Source: an uncultured Chloroflexia bacterium
GTDB lineage: Bacteria; Chloroflexota; Limnocylindria; Limnocylindrales; CSP1-4
Reading direction: 5' to 3'
NCBI GenBank assembly: GCA_963705215.1
Contig: CAVPJI010000002.1
Span: forward strand, 49,818-113,817
DNA: 64,000 bases
This document shows, piece by piece, positions 12,674 to 21,777 of the stretch (position 1 is its first letter; each line of letters opens with the position of its first letter). A model generated the notes under the pieces. The model searched no databases, had not been told where the DNA came from, and worked only from the letters and a program-made list of their open reading frames with translations. Made by a program: the position numbers and the translations under genes.

Positions 12674-12876
12674 CTTCCAACTCCTTCACGAGGTCTGGCT
12701 CGACCCGTGCATCTCGCCCGAGCATCGGGACAGACCCGGCGACGGTCAAGTGCCGAAGGGGACTCGTCGAAAGGGAAATCCACGCCCGCCGATGGTGGCG
12801 ACTGCCGGCGAGGGCGCCGACGGTCGACCCGACAGTGAGGCCCGACACAGTGAGGGCCCGCGCTCCCCGCCGGGGG

Positions 12877-12882
12877 TAGAAT
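12877..12882 (+). promoter_or_regulatory. -10 element probably driving tmRNA
   Basis: TAGAAT about 57 nt upstream of mature tmRNA 5' end. Confidence 0.5.
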
Positions 12883-12939
12883 GGTGGCTCGCCGGCGCGA
12901 GTGCCGGCGCGGAACGGCCAGCGTGCCGCTCCGATCGGT

Positions 12940-13313
12940 GGGGATGCGTGGTCTCGACGGGGCCCCGCAGCCCGGGAACGCGAGCCGAGGATGCCGCTCT
13001 GGCCTCGTTAAAAGGCGGCAAAACGAAGTAACTGCCAACAAGCAGCCTGCTCTCGCTTACGCCGCTTAGGCGGTAGAGTGAGCGTGGAAGCGGCCTCCCC
13101 TCCGTGGGCCGTGGAAGCGTCAATCAGCGGAGGTGCAGCCCCGGCAAGCGCCGCGTAGCCGGGAGTCAAGCCCGATCTAGGGACACGCAGCTGGGCCGGT
13201 CATCGCCCCTGCCGATGGGGGTGGGCCGGCCGAGATCAAGCATCGGACACGCTCGTAGTGGGCCCGGGTCACGGGTTTCGGACGGGGAGTTCGACTCTCC
13301 CCCATCTCCACCA
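12940..13313 (+). ncRNA. ssrA: tmRNA; tag (A)ANKQPALAYAA encoded at 13034-13069
   Basis: Acceptor stem GGGGATG/CATCTCC with G3-U pair, T-loop TTCGACT, 3' ACCA; GTAACT-GCC resume context; near smpB. Confidence 0.96.
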
Positions 13314-13365
13314 ACCTCCCCCGGCGTGGCGTCTCGCGCCAGTTGAGCTCTGCCTGAGAGATCCC

Positions 13366-14622
13366 ATGGTGATCGTCTCTCGACGCGCTCGCGCCCGGAG
13401 CCTGTGCGGGGTCGCGCTCGCGCTGGTGCTCGCTGCATGCTCGGCGGGCGAGGCCCGCGTGACCGACGCACCTGCGACGCCCGCGGTGGCGGAGTCCACC
13501 CCCCCGGCGATCCCGTGTCCCAGCCCCGCCATCTCGGCCGCAGGCCTGGGCATGCTCGCGCGCAGCGGGCCTGTGGACGGCGTGTGGGTCGGGATGAACA
13601 TCGACTGGGGCGCCGAGACGGTCGCGGACGTGGCGAGCCGCCTCGGCGACCCGCCGGCCGCCGTCGTGAGCTTCGTCAGCTTCCCGCTCGCCGCAGCGGA
13701 CGTGGAGAACCTCGACGCGGCGGCGCTCCAGGCCCGGGACGCGGGGGCCGTCCTCGTCACGACGCTCGAGCCGTGGGGCGGGCTCTCGACGGTGGATGTC
13801 CGGGCGGCCACGGACCTCGCCGGCCGGCTGGCCGGATACGGCGCGGACGGCGTGCCCACGATCGTCCGGTTCGCGCACGAGATGAACGGCTCGTGGTACC
13901 CGTGGGGCCAGGACCCGGCGACCTACGTCGCGACGTTCCGCCTCGTGGCCGACGTGATTCATGCCACCGCCGCGACCGCGGGGATGCTCTGGGCGCCCAA
14001 CCAGGGCGCGGGCTATCCGTACACCGGCGGCCGATACGAGGCGAAGCCCGGCGGCCCGGCCGCCCGGCTGCTCGATACCGACGGCGATGGCGTCCTGGAC
14101 GCCGGCGATGATCCGTATGCCCCGTACTGGCCGGGCGACGCCTACGTGGATTGGGTCGGGATGAGCCTCTATCACTGGGGAACCGCCTATCCCTGGGGCG
14201 AGAACGAGGTTCCGGCCGCCGGCACGTTCGCCGGGATGATCACGGGCTCGCCCCCGGGCGGCGGCGACCCGGCGCCGGACTTCTACGCTGGCTACGCCGA
14301 GCGGTACGACAAGCCCCTTGCCATCGTCGAATCGGCGGCGTTCTACCGTCCCGGTGGTGGAGGAGCGCCCGAGTCGACGATCAAGTCGGCCTGGCTGGCC
14401 GAGGCCTTCTCCGTCGAGGGGCGCTCGCGCTTCCCTCTTCTTCGGCTGGTCAACTGGTTCGAATGGCGGAAGTACGAGGCCGAGGTGGACGCCGTCGTCG
14501 ACTGGCGGATCACGGCCGACGCCGGGCTTCGCGCCCAATTCCTCGCCACGATGACCGGCGGATACAGGCTCGGCCCGGCGGTCCCGGAAGCAGCCCAGGC
14601 ATCGGCCTGCCCGGCGCCGTAG
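13366..14622 (+). CDS. glycoside hydrolase family 26 lipoprotein
   Basis: Lipobox LAAC; IVRFAHEMNGSWYPWG (acid/base Glu), YWPGDAYVDWVGMS, LAIVESAA (nucleophile Glu). Confidence 0.85.
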   Translation: MVIVSRRARARSLCGVALALVLAACSAGEARVTDAPATPAVAESTPPAIPCPSPAISAAGLGMLARSGPVDGVWVGMNIDWGAETVADVASRLGDPPAAVVSFVSFPLAAADVENLDAAALQARDAGAVLVTTLEPWGGLSTVDVRAATDLAGRLAGYGADGVPTIVRFAHEMNGSWYPWGQDPATYVATFRLVADVIHATAATAGMLWAPNQGAGYPYTGGRYEAKPGGPAARLLDTDGDGVLDAGDDPYAPYWPGDAYVDWVGMSLYHWGTAYPWGENEVPAAGTFAGMITGSPPGGGDPAPDFYAGYAERYDKPLAIVESAAFYRPGGGGAPESTIKSAWLAEAFSVEGRSRFPLLRLVNWFEWRKYEAEVDAVVDWRITADAGLRAQFLATMTGGYRLGPAVPEAAQASACPAP

Positions 14623-14664
14623 AACGCTTCGAAGGCGGCGTCCGCCGAGGGCGCCCGCCCGCCG

Positions 14665-16575
14665 TTACGGCGCTGGTGTGAGCTCGGGCGTGGGCTCCGG
14701 CGTGGGCGCAGGTGTCGGGACCGGCCCGGGGGTGGGCGTGGGTGCCGGCGTCGTCGCCTTCACGCCGACGAGCACGATCCCGTTGACCCGCTTGTAGTTC
14801 GAGTACCAGGTGTTGCTGTGGATGACCGTGCCGGTGGCGTCGCGCACGGTTCGGCTCACCCAGACCTGCATCCCCTTGACGGGATACTCGATCCGCTTCC
14901 GGGTGCCCGCGGGAATGGTGGTGGTCTCCTGGACCGAATCGGTCGCGGGCACGACGTTCTTGATGGTCGGCGCGCTGAACGTCACCGTGCGGCCGGTCGG
15001 CGGCCCCCAGATCTCGAAGCGGACGAAGTCGACGCCGGTGATCCCCCGGATCAGGAGCGGGTACGCGGTGTCGTTGCGGAACCGCATGCTCCGCGTCGCG
15101 CCGCCCGTCTTCCAGACGGTGGCATCGAGGCCCGTCGGGTAGCGGTCGATGTAGTAGTAGTGGTTGGCCCGCTCGAGAATCTCGAGCCCGGCTCGGGCGG
15201 CCGCGTTGAAGAGCGTCGTGGAGCAGGAGCAGATCCCGCCGGCCAGGGCTCCGGTCGGCTCGGTCCGCCCGTTGAGGATCGCGCCGCCGTCGCGGTAGCC
15301 GCGAGCGTAGGTCACAGGGCCGAGCGCAGCCCAGAAGTCGAAGATGGCGCCGGGCTGAACCACGTACCCGTTGATGTCGCTCGTCGGGATCGAGATGTTG
15401 TTGCCGAACCCGTTCGCCTCGTAGCGGTGGAACTTCGTGGTCCAGGACGACAGCCGTTGCATGAGCGGCGCGGCTTCCTTCGCCTCCTCGGTCGTCAGGT
15501 CCGGCGGCACGACCGCCATCGTGAGGGCGACCGGCTCAGGCGTCTCCATGGGGGCTGCCGTGCCGCGATCCATGACCGCCTGGGCCACGAGCGCCGCGGA
15601 CGCCGCGACATCCACCGCGCGGCCGTTCTTCGCGGCGACGACGCCAACCACGGCCGAGCCGCGTCCCACCAGGAACGACGCGTCCTTCGGGGCGCGGTCG
15701 ATCTTCTTCGCGAGACCGGCGAGCGCCGCTGTCGGCGCCGTCGGCGCGACCGCCGGACGGACGTCGCCTTCGGCGGTCGGGCTGAAGGTGATCCATGATC
15801 GAACAGTGGCCGCCGGGATGGTCCAGGTCTCCTTGTTGTAGGTGAGCGCGACATCCCGGGCCATCTGCTCGGCGACGGCGGCGGCGGCGGCGGCCTCCGC
15901 ATCGGTCACGAACGGCTCGATCGGGATGGCGTCAAACGAGAGCTCGAGCGTGTCGGGCGCGGCGGGGTCGACGAGGCGCTCGAGGAGAGCCTGGGCGAGC
16001 TCCTCCCGGGGGAGCCCGCGGCCCGCCCGGGCGGGGGTGATGGCAACGGATGTCTCAGTGACGGTCGCGGTCGCGCTCACCGGGGTCTCGGTGACCTCGC
16101 CCGCCGCCGCGGCCGCGGCGGCGCCGACCGCGGCGGGATCCAGCACGACCAGGGGATCGATCTGCGTCTCGTCGAAGAGGCCCCGCACTCCGGTCGCCGC
16201 TCGCCCGATCGGGTCGGGCTCGCCGCGCCCAACTGACCACGCGAGGTCGACGAGCGTGGCCACGTCGGCGCGCCGCCCCAGCGACGCGTAAGGGATGCGA
16301 AGGCGTGTCCCGGAGACGTCGACCACGGCCGCTCCCGCGGCGTAGCCGGCGAGCTCGCGCTCCAGGCGGGCCGTGGCCGCATCGCGCGACAGGCCGGCGA
16401 CGTCGACGCCGGCGACAGTCACGCCCGGGTAGATTCGCTCGGCGTACTGGCCCTGGTAGGCGAGCAGCGCTCCGGCCCCGAAGCCGAGGGCGAGGACGAA
16501 CCCGGCGACGACGCCGAGCACGAGCTTCCCGATCGGGAAGCCCCGGGAGGGCGGGGGTGTGGATGGATTCATCAT
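14665..16575 (-). CDS. VanW family protein with N-terminal anchor, PG-binding repeats and Pro/Thr tail
   Basis: GGICSCSTTLFNAA, ERANHYYYIDRYPTGLDATV, MRFRNDT; TM segment near N-terminus. Confidence 0.85.
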   Translation of the reverse strand: MMNPSTPPPSRGFPIGKLVLGVVAGFVLALGFGAGALLAYQGQYAERIYPGVTVAGVDVAGLSRDAATARLERELAGYAAGAAVVDVSGTRLRIPYASLGRRADVATLVDLAWSVGRGEPDPIGRAATGVRGLFDETQIDPLVVLDPAAVGAAAAAAAGEVTETPVSATATVTETSVAITPARAGRGLPREELAQALLERLVDPAAPDTLELSFDAIPIEPFVTDAEAAAAAAVAEQMARDVALTYNKETWTIPAATVRSWITFSPTAEGDVRPAVAPTAPTAALAGLAKKIDRAPKDASFLVGRGSAVVGVVAAKNGRAVDVAASAALVAQAVMDRGTAAPMETPEPVALTMAVVPPDLTTEEAKEAAPLMQRLSSWTTKFHRYEANGFGNNISIPTSDINGYVVQPGAIFDFWAALGPVTYARGYRDGGAILNGRTEPTGALAGGICSCSTTLFNAAARAGLEILERANHYYYIDRYPTGLDATVWKTGGATRSMRFRNDTAYPLLIRGITGVDFVRFEIWGPPTGRTVTFSAPTIKNVVPATDSVQETTTIPAGTRKRIEYPVKGMQVWVSRTVRDATGTVIHSNTWYSNYKRVNGIVLVGVKATTPAPTPTPGPVPTPAPTPEPTPELTPAP

Positions 16576-16670
16576 GGGGGCGCCGAATCTAACAGCATCG
16601 CGCGCATGGGACGCCGCACGCGATCTCCGCGTTACGCCCGGTCAGGCGGGCGCGCGCTCGGACAGCGGGC

Positions 16671-17660
16671 TCAGCCCGCGCGCGGGATGACAACGATCCG
16701 CCAATTCGGCTCCTCGCCGATCGACTGCGTTCCCACCAAGGCGTGCCCGCGAAGGGCGAGGTGGACCCAGCGTCGCTCGAGGGCCGGCATCGGCTCGAGC
16801 TGGAGCATCTTGCCGGACTCGATCACCTTGTCGGCCGCCCGGAGCGCGATCTCGCGAAGCTGCTGCTCGCGCCGCCCGCGGTAGCCCTCGACATCGACGA
16901 GGACGCGGGTCCACTCGCCCATCTGGCGCGAGAGCATCAGGTTCACGATGTGCTGGAGCGCGGAGAGCCGCTCGCCCTTGCGCCCGATGAGCGCGCCCAG
17001 GGCCTCGTGCTCTTCGTCATCCGTTCCTACGACGTTGAGGCGGTTCGTCTCGCCAGTCTCGACGACGACGTCCACGTCGAAGCCGAGGTGCTCCATGAGC
17101 TGGGTCAGGATCGCCTCCCCCGCAGCCAGCGCCGCCGGCGAGGCCTCTGCGGCCTGGAGCTCCTCACGCTCCCGGATGAGCGAGCGGGCGACCTGGACCA
17201 TCTCTTCCTCGAGGGTTGAGACGGGCGTGGCGGGGCGGCGATCGGGGGACCCGGTCGGGCGGGGGGCCTGGTCGTCGCGGGGCGGTCGTCGCGGCGGCCG
17301 GTCGTCGCGCGGCCGGTCGTCGCGGCGCGGGCCGCGGTCGTCGCGGCGTGGCGGCCGGTCGTCGCGGGGCCGGTCGTCGCGGCGTGGCGGCCGGTCGTCG
17401 CGGGGGCCTCGGTCCTCGCGCGGGGGGCGGGCGGGGAGGGGCGCGGCCTCCGCCGCCGAGCGCTTGGGAGCCTCGCCCCCGAGGGCGCTGCGTGGCGCGG
17501 CGACGATGCGGGCGGGCTCGGCGCCCATTCCCAGGACGCCCCGGCTGCCGGGCGTCAGGATCTCGAAGTCGAGCTCGTCGAGGCCCACGCCGAACGCTTC
17601 CCGGGCGTTGCGCAGGGCCTCCTCGACCGACTTGCCGGTGAAATCGCGGTATTCGCTCAT
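16671..17660 (-). CDS. khpB: RNA-binding Jag/EloR/KhpB protein
   Basis: FTGKSVEEAL Jag-N; LIGRKGERLSALQ KH domain; LEPMPALERRWVH R3H domain; last gene of yidC operon. Confidence 0.93.
   Translation of the reverse strand: MSEYRDFTGKSVEEALRNAREAFGVGLDELDFEILTPGSRGVLGMGAEPARIVAAPRSALGGEAPKRSAAEAAPLPARPPREDRGPRDDRPPRRDDRPRDDRPPRRDDRGPRRDDRPRDDRPPRRPPRDDQAPRPTGSPDRRPATPVSTLEEEMVQVARSLIREREELQAAEASPAALAAGEAILTQLMEHLGFDVDVVVETGETNRLNVVGTDDEEHEALGALIGRKGERLSALQHIVNLMLSRQMGEWTRVLVDVEGYRGRREQQLREIALRAADKVIESGKMLQLEPMPALERRWVHLALRGHALVGTQSIGEEPNWRIVVIPRAG
17262..17420 (-). repeat. low-complexity coding repeat (RDDRP/PPRR) in KhpB linker
   Basis: Recurrent GGTCGTCGCG(C/G) units on + strand encoding REDRGPRDDRPPRRDDRPRDDRPPRR... 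Confidence 0.85.
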
Positions 17661-17664
17661 GGTC

Positions 17665-18855
17665 TCAGCGCTTTCTCCCTCGGCGGCCCTGGCGGCCTCG
17701 CTCGCGCGGGCGCACGGTGGCCGCCGCGGATGCGGAGCGGTCGGCCTCGGTGCGCGCAGTGGGTCGTGGTTGGGTGGACGATCCCGGCTGCCCGTCGGGC
17801 GGGGCGGACCGGAGGGTGGGCGGCTGGACGGGGAACCGCGGAGTGTGGTCCTTCGCAAAACCGGGAGTCCACTTGAGGATCGGGAACATGGAGCCCCAGC
17901 CGACGATCAGGTACTGCTGGGCGATCCCGAAGATGGTGGTGACGATCCAGTAGATGAAGAGGCCGGCGGGCAGGAAGCCGCCGTACAGGATCGAGATGAG
18001 GGGGAGGAACAGGACCAGCTGGCGCTGCATCTTGCTGTTCTGGTCCTGGAAGGCCTGGTTCGCGGGCGGCATCGTCATCCGGCTCTGGACGAGCTGCAGG
18101 ACCGCTGCGACGAGGGCGAGAATGCTGAGCCCGCCGATCAGGGGGAGCTCGAAGAGCACCTGCGGCTTCGAGACGTCCATGTTCCCAAGCCAGGCCACGG
18201 TGGTATCGATGCACGGTAGGTACGGGTCGTAGGCGGGCGTCCCGAGCCCGTTGACGCACTGGACGTCGACGACCTGCACCCCAAAAACGGTGAGCATGGC
18301 CGTCGGGTCCGGGTTGGTCAGGCCCTGGCTGATCACCTGGTAGATGATCAGAAGCAGCGGCAACTGGAGCACCATCGGCAGGCAGCCCGAGGCGGGGTTG
18401 ACGCCGCGCTCCTTGTAGAGCTCCATCTGGGCCTGGCTGAACTTGGCCCGGTCGCCCTTGTAGCGCTTCTGCAGCTCCTTGAGCTCGGGTTGGATCAGCT
18501 GCGTCCGCTTCATCGAGACGATCTGGCGGCGGAAGAGCGGGATCAGGGCTGCGCGCACGATCAGGGTCATGATGATGATCGCGATCCCGATGTCGCCCGT
18601 GGTCTGCTCGAGCCAGACGAGGAGGATGAAGAGCGCCTGGAAGATGGGGTTGAAGATCCAGGCGAGAAGCGACATCGGGTCGCCGCCCGGCTCGGCGGGG
18701 GTGAGGGGCGGATGTGGCGTCGCCGTGGTGGATGGGGCGGCGGACCCGCCCGGCACGACGGCCGGCGCCTGCGCGCACGCGGCGACGACCAGGACGATCA
18801 GTGTCAGCAGCGCCAGGAGGAGGAGCTGGTCGCGCCGGATGCGGGGGAGGGTCAC
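17665..18855 (-). CDS. yidC: membrane protein insertase YidC
   Basis: QPELKELQKRYK, MELYKERGVNPASGCLP, LPAGLFIYW; lipobox-like VAAC. Confidence 0.95.
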   Translation of the reverse strand: MTLPRIRRDQLLLLALLTLIVLVVAACAQAPAVVPGGSAAPSTTATPHPPLTPAEPGGDPMSLLAWIFNPIFQALFILLVWLEQTTGDIGIAIIIMTLIVRAALIPLFRRQIVSMKRTQLIQPELKELQKRYKGDRAKFSQAQMELYKERGVNPASGCLPMVLQLPLLLIIYQVISQGLTNPDPTAMLTVFGVQVVDVQCVNGLGTPAYDPYLPCIDTTVAWLGNMDVSKPQVLFELPLIGGLSILALVAAVLQLVQSRMTMPPANQAFQDQNSKMQRQLVLFLPLISILYGGFLPAGLFIYWIVTTIFGIAQQYLIVGWGSMFPILKWTPGFAKDHTPRFPVQPPTLRSAPPDGQPGSSTQPRPTARTEADRSASAAATVRPRERGRQGRRGRKR

Positions 18856-18868
18856 GAGGTCCTCGGCT

Positions 18869-19075
18869 TCATCGCACGGGGTCGTAGCCGCCAGGGTGCC
18901 ACGGGTGACACCGGGCGATGCGCTTGGCGCCCATCCAGCTGCCGCGCGCGAGCCCGTACTTCTCGATTGCCTGCTCGGTGTAGTGAGAGCAGGTGGGGTA
19001 GTAGCGGCAGCTCGAGGGCAGCCACATGAAGACCGTCCGGTACAGGTGAATGAGCCCGATCCCGATCCGCTTCAC
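18869..19075 (-). CDS. yidD: membrane protein insertion efficiency factor YidD
   Basis: [10 protein letters not shown]...[16 protein letters not shown]; GTGA overlap with rnpA stop. Confidence 0.93.
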   Translation of the reverse strand: MKRIGIGLIHLYRTVFMWLPSSCRYYPTCSHYTEQAIEKYGLARGSWMGAKRIARCHPWHPGGYDPVR

Positions 19076-19410
19076 GCGTTCGCCGGTCCTCCGAGCACCC
19101 CTCCCCGCCGGAGGAGCCGCTCCAGCGCCTCGACGAGCGCTTCGTGGTCCGCGTCCACGAGCGCCGGCCGGGCGATGATCAGAACGTCCCAGCCGGGCTG
19201 GAACGAGGGCGCCATCACCCTGAGAGTCTCCCGGAGCCGACGTCGGACCCGGTTCCTGACGACCGCGCCCCCGAGGGCGCGGCTGGTGGCGAGGCCGAAT
19301 CGGACGCCGTCTGTGCCCGTCCGCAGGCATCGGATGGTCATCAGCGGGTGGGACCGCGAGGTCCCGCTGGCCTGGACCGCCGCGAAGTCCGCGGGCCGGG
19401 TGAGCGTCAC
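19072..19410 (-). CDS. rnpA: RNase P protein component (start approximate)
   Basis: LTRPADF...[25 protein letters not shown] (RNR motif). Confidence 0.92.
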   Translation of the reverse strand: MTLTRPADFAAVQASGTSRSHPLMTIRCLRTGTDGVRFGLATSRALGGAVVRNRVRRRLRETLRVMAPSFQPGWDVLIIARPALVDADHEALVEALERLLRRGGVLGGPANA

Positions 19411-19442
19411 GAGCCGTCCGCGGGGACGGCCCGGGGCCGGTA

Positions 19443-19577
19443 TCAGACTGCCAGCCGCTTGCGGCCCCGAGCTCGGCGAGCGGCCAGTATGCGCCGGCCG
19501 CCGGGGCTCTTCATCCGGGCGCGGAAGCCATGCTCCTTTGCGCGATGGCGCTTCTTCGGCTGGTAGGTCTGCTTCAT
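19443..19577 (-). CDS. rpmH: 50S ribosomal protein L34 (not called in ORF track)
   Basis: [44 protein letters not shown]. Confidence 0.96.
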   Translation of the reverse strand: MKQTYQPKKRHRAKEHGFRARMKSPGGRRILAARRARGRKRLAV

Positions 19578-19690
19578 CGGGCGTCGTGTCTTCCTCTTTG
19601 TGTCGAGCCTCCGGATCAAGCCGCCGCGCGACTCGAAGAGGCACGTAGACGCGCCGGGCGCACGAACGCCGGGCGCGTCACCGCCGGCCG

Positions 19691-19719
19691 ATTATGGAAC
19701 GCCGTCGCCGGGGTGTCAA
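19691..19719 (-). promoter_or_regulatory. sigma70 promoter of rpmH operon
   Basis: On minus strand TTGACA, 17 nt, CATAAT. Confidence 0.8.
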
Positions 19720-19785
19720 AGGACGCCCGAGCACGGCCGCGCACGATACCCCCTGGGAGTATAGTGGTTTGGGGTCCGAATCGCC

Positions 19786-19815
19786 TTGCGGGGCCCTCCG
19801 GGGCGGTGCTACCAT
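19786..19815 (+). promoter_or_regulatory. candidate dnaA promoter
   Basis: TTGCGG, 18 nt, TACCAT with TGn extension. Confidence 0.5.
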
Positions 19816-20001
19816 GCGGCGGCCCACGGTGCCGGAACGCCCCGGCGGAGACCTCGGGGGACGTCCTGTTGGATGGCCGGGGGCGGCTCCGGCGGCCCGG
19901 GGCCGTAGATACGCACACCCCGCGAATGCGGCTGTCCTCCCGGTTTCGTTCCCGTTTCCAGCCTCCCATCCGGCGCTTCGGCGCCGGGCCGACAGGGTCC
20001 C

Positions 20002-21357
20002 ATGGACGCGAAGCACATCTGGCGAGCGGCGCTCGGCGAGCTCCAGGTCGCCCTGTCTCCGGCCAACTTCGAGACGTGGCTGCGCCACACCTCGCTGGTC
20101 GACGTGGACGACACGCGCTTCCGGATCGCCGTGCCGAACGGCTTCGCGAAGGACTGGCTGGAGACGCGCTACCGCCCGCTCATCTCACAGACGCTGGCCC
20201 GGATTGTCGGCTACAGCGTCCAGGTGGAGTTCGTCGTTCGCGAGGACGCAGGGCAGCCGGCAGCCGCGCCCTCCGAGGCGCCCGCGCAGCAGGTCCGCGT
20301 CGAACCGACGCGGGTCGGCGCGGAGGGCGGCTCGACGAGCCTGAACCCGCGGTATGGGTTCGGGAACTTCATCGTCGGCTCGGCCAACCGGCTCGCCCAT
20401 GCGGCGGCCCTCTCGGTCGCCGAGCGCCCGGGCCACGCCTACAACCCGCTCTTCCTCTACGGCGGTGTGGGCCTGGGCAAGACACACCTGATGCACGCGA
20501 TCGGCAACGCCGTCATCGCCCGCTTCCCGCGCAAGAAGGTCGTCTACGCCACCAGCGAGAAGTTCACGAACGAGTTCATCACGAGCATCCAGCAGGGCCG
20601 CATCGACGACTTCCGGGCCCGCTACCGGCGGATCGACCTGCTCCTCATCGACGACATCCAGTTCATCGCCGACAAGGAGCGGACCCAGGAGGAGTTCTTC
20701 CACACCTTCAACACCATCCACGAGGACGGGAAGCAGATCGTCCTTTCCTCGGACCGGCCGCCCAAGCAGATCACCACGCTCGAGGAGCGGCTGCGCAGCC
20801 GATTCGAGTGGGGCCTCATCGCCGACCTCACGGCCCCCGACCTCGAGACGCGGATCGCCATCCTCCGGGCCAAGGCCGAGGAATCATCCGTGCCGATCGG
20901 GTCGGACGTGGTGGAGTTCATCGCTCGCAAGGTGGTGAGCAACATCCGTGAGCTCGAGGGGGCCCTGAACCGCGTCGTCGCCTACGCCAACATGGGGGCG
21001 ATGCCGATCACGATCGAGCTGGCCCAGGCGGTCCTCTCGAACGTCCTCTACAACCCCAAGAAGCGCCAGGTCACTCCGGAGAAGATCGCCAAGGCGGTGT
21101 CCGAGTATTACGGCGTGGGGATGGAGCAGCTGCGCGGCCAGAAGCGCGACCGGGCGATCGTCACGCCGCGCCAGATCGCGATGTTCCTGATGCGCGAGGA
21201 GACGGACGTCTCCCTCCTCCGGATCGGGGCGGAGCTCGGCGGCCGGGACCACTCGACGGTCCTGCACGCCTGCGACAAGATCAACCGCGAGGCCTCGGTC
21301 AACGACGAGCTGCGCCGCGACATCGCGGCGGTGCGCGAGCTGATCTACGCCGACTGA
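20002..21357 (+). CDS. dnaA: chromosomal replication initiator DnaA
   Basis: YNPLFLYGGVGLGKTHLMHA, LLIDDIQF, RLRSRFEWGL, NIRELEGAL, GGRDHSTVLHA. Confidence 0.98.
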   Translation: MDAKHIWRAALGELQVALSPANFETWLRHTSLVDVDDTRFRIAVPNGFAKDWLETRYRPLISQTLARIVGYSVQVEFVVREDAGQPAAAPSEAPAQQVRVEPTRVGAEGGSTSLNPRYGFGNFIVGSANRLAHAAALSVAERPGHAYNPLFLYGGVGLGKTHLMHAIGNAVIARFPRKKVVYATSEKFTNEFITSIQQGRIDDFRARYRRIDLLLIDDIQFIADKERTQEEFFHTFNTIHEDGKQIVLSSDRPPKQITTLEERLRSRFEWGLIADLTAPDLETRIAILRAKAEESSVPIGSDVVEFIARKVVSNIRELEGALNRVVAYANMGAMPITIELAQAVLSNVLYNPKKRQVTPEKIAKAVSEYYGVGMEQLRGQKRDRAIVTPRQIAMFLMREETDVSLLRIGAELGGRDHSTVLHACDKINREASVNDELRRDIAAVRELIYAD

Positions 21358-21777
21358 GCCTCCACCAGCCCGACAGGCGCGGGGGCACGGCGGGCCGCCG
21401 GCGTATGCGGTCGGCGCTTCAGCGGTGGACATCCTCGCCCGTCGTGGTGGGCTGCCGTGCGCGCAGTGAGGGCCGTGCTGTCGACAGCTCGGGCCTTCGG
21501 GGCTGTCGGCGCGCCCCCTCCCGCACTCGGCCGTCGCCCTGTCCACCGTTCGTCCCCAGCGTCACCCGGGCGCGGGCGGTTCGTGTCCACGGGCCGGGGT
21601 GGGCGCTCCACCGCCCTCGGCGTGGTCCCGCGAGCACGGCCGTCCACCGCGTCCACACCATGATGAATACGGTGATGATGTTCGTGCGAAGATGAGAGCA
21701 CCACGAATCCACCGGCGGCACCTGGCTCACACGCACCCGCCGATGCCTCCTTCCCGCCCATCCGGAGTGCCACGTCC
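21358..21777. other. putative oriC with degenerate DnaA boxes and trio-like array
   Basis: dnaA-dnaN intergenic region; NNGTCCACN-type 9-mers at 21424, 21539, 21583, 21640, 21649, CGCTCCACC at 21604; locally AT-richer ATG-periodic tract 21660-21683. Confidence 0.7.

Noticed and set aside
12735-12790. Possible c-di-GMP-I riboswitch (GAAAGGG element)
   Set aside because: Lacks the GGCAAAC and GACGCAAAGC conserved segments
12828-12860. Imperfect tandem repeat CCCGAC(AC)AGTGAGG(G) near the tmRNA promoter
   Set aside because: Only two short imperfect copies; insufficient support for a binding site or array
13290-14665. tmRNA as an integration site for a genomic island
   Set aside because: No integrase, no duplicated tmRNA 3' end beyond a short CTCCACCA match, no obvious compositional shift
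19072-19644. 190-aa ORF as an extended RnpA
   Set aside because: The upstream part overlaps rpmH in another frame; RnpA homology starts near 19410
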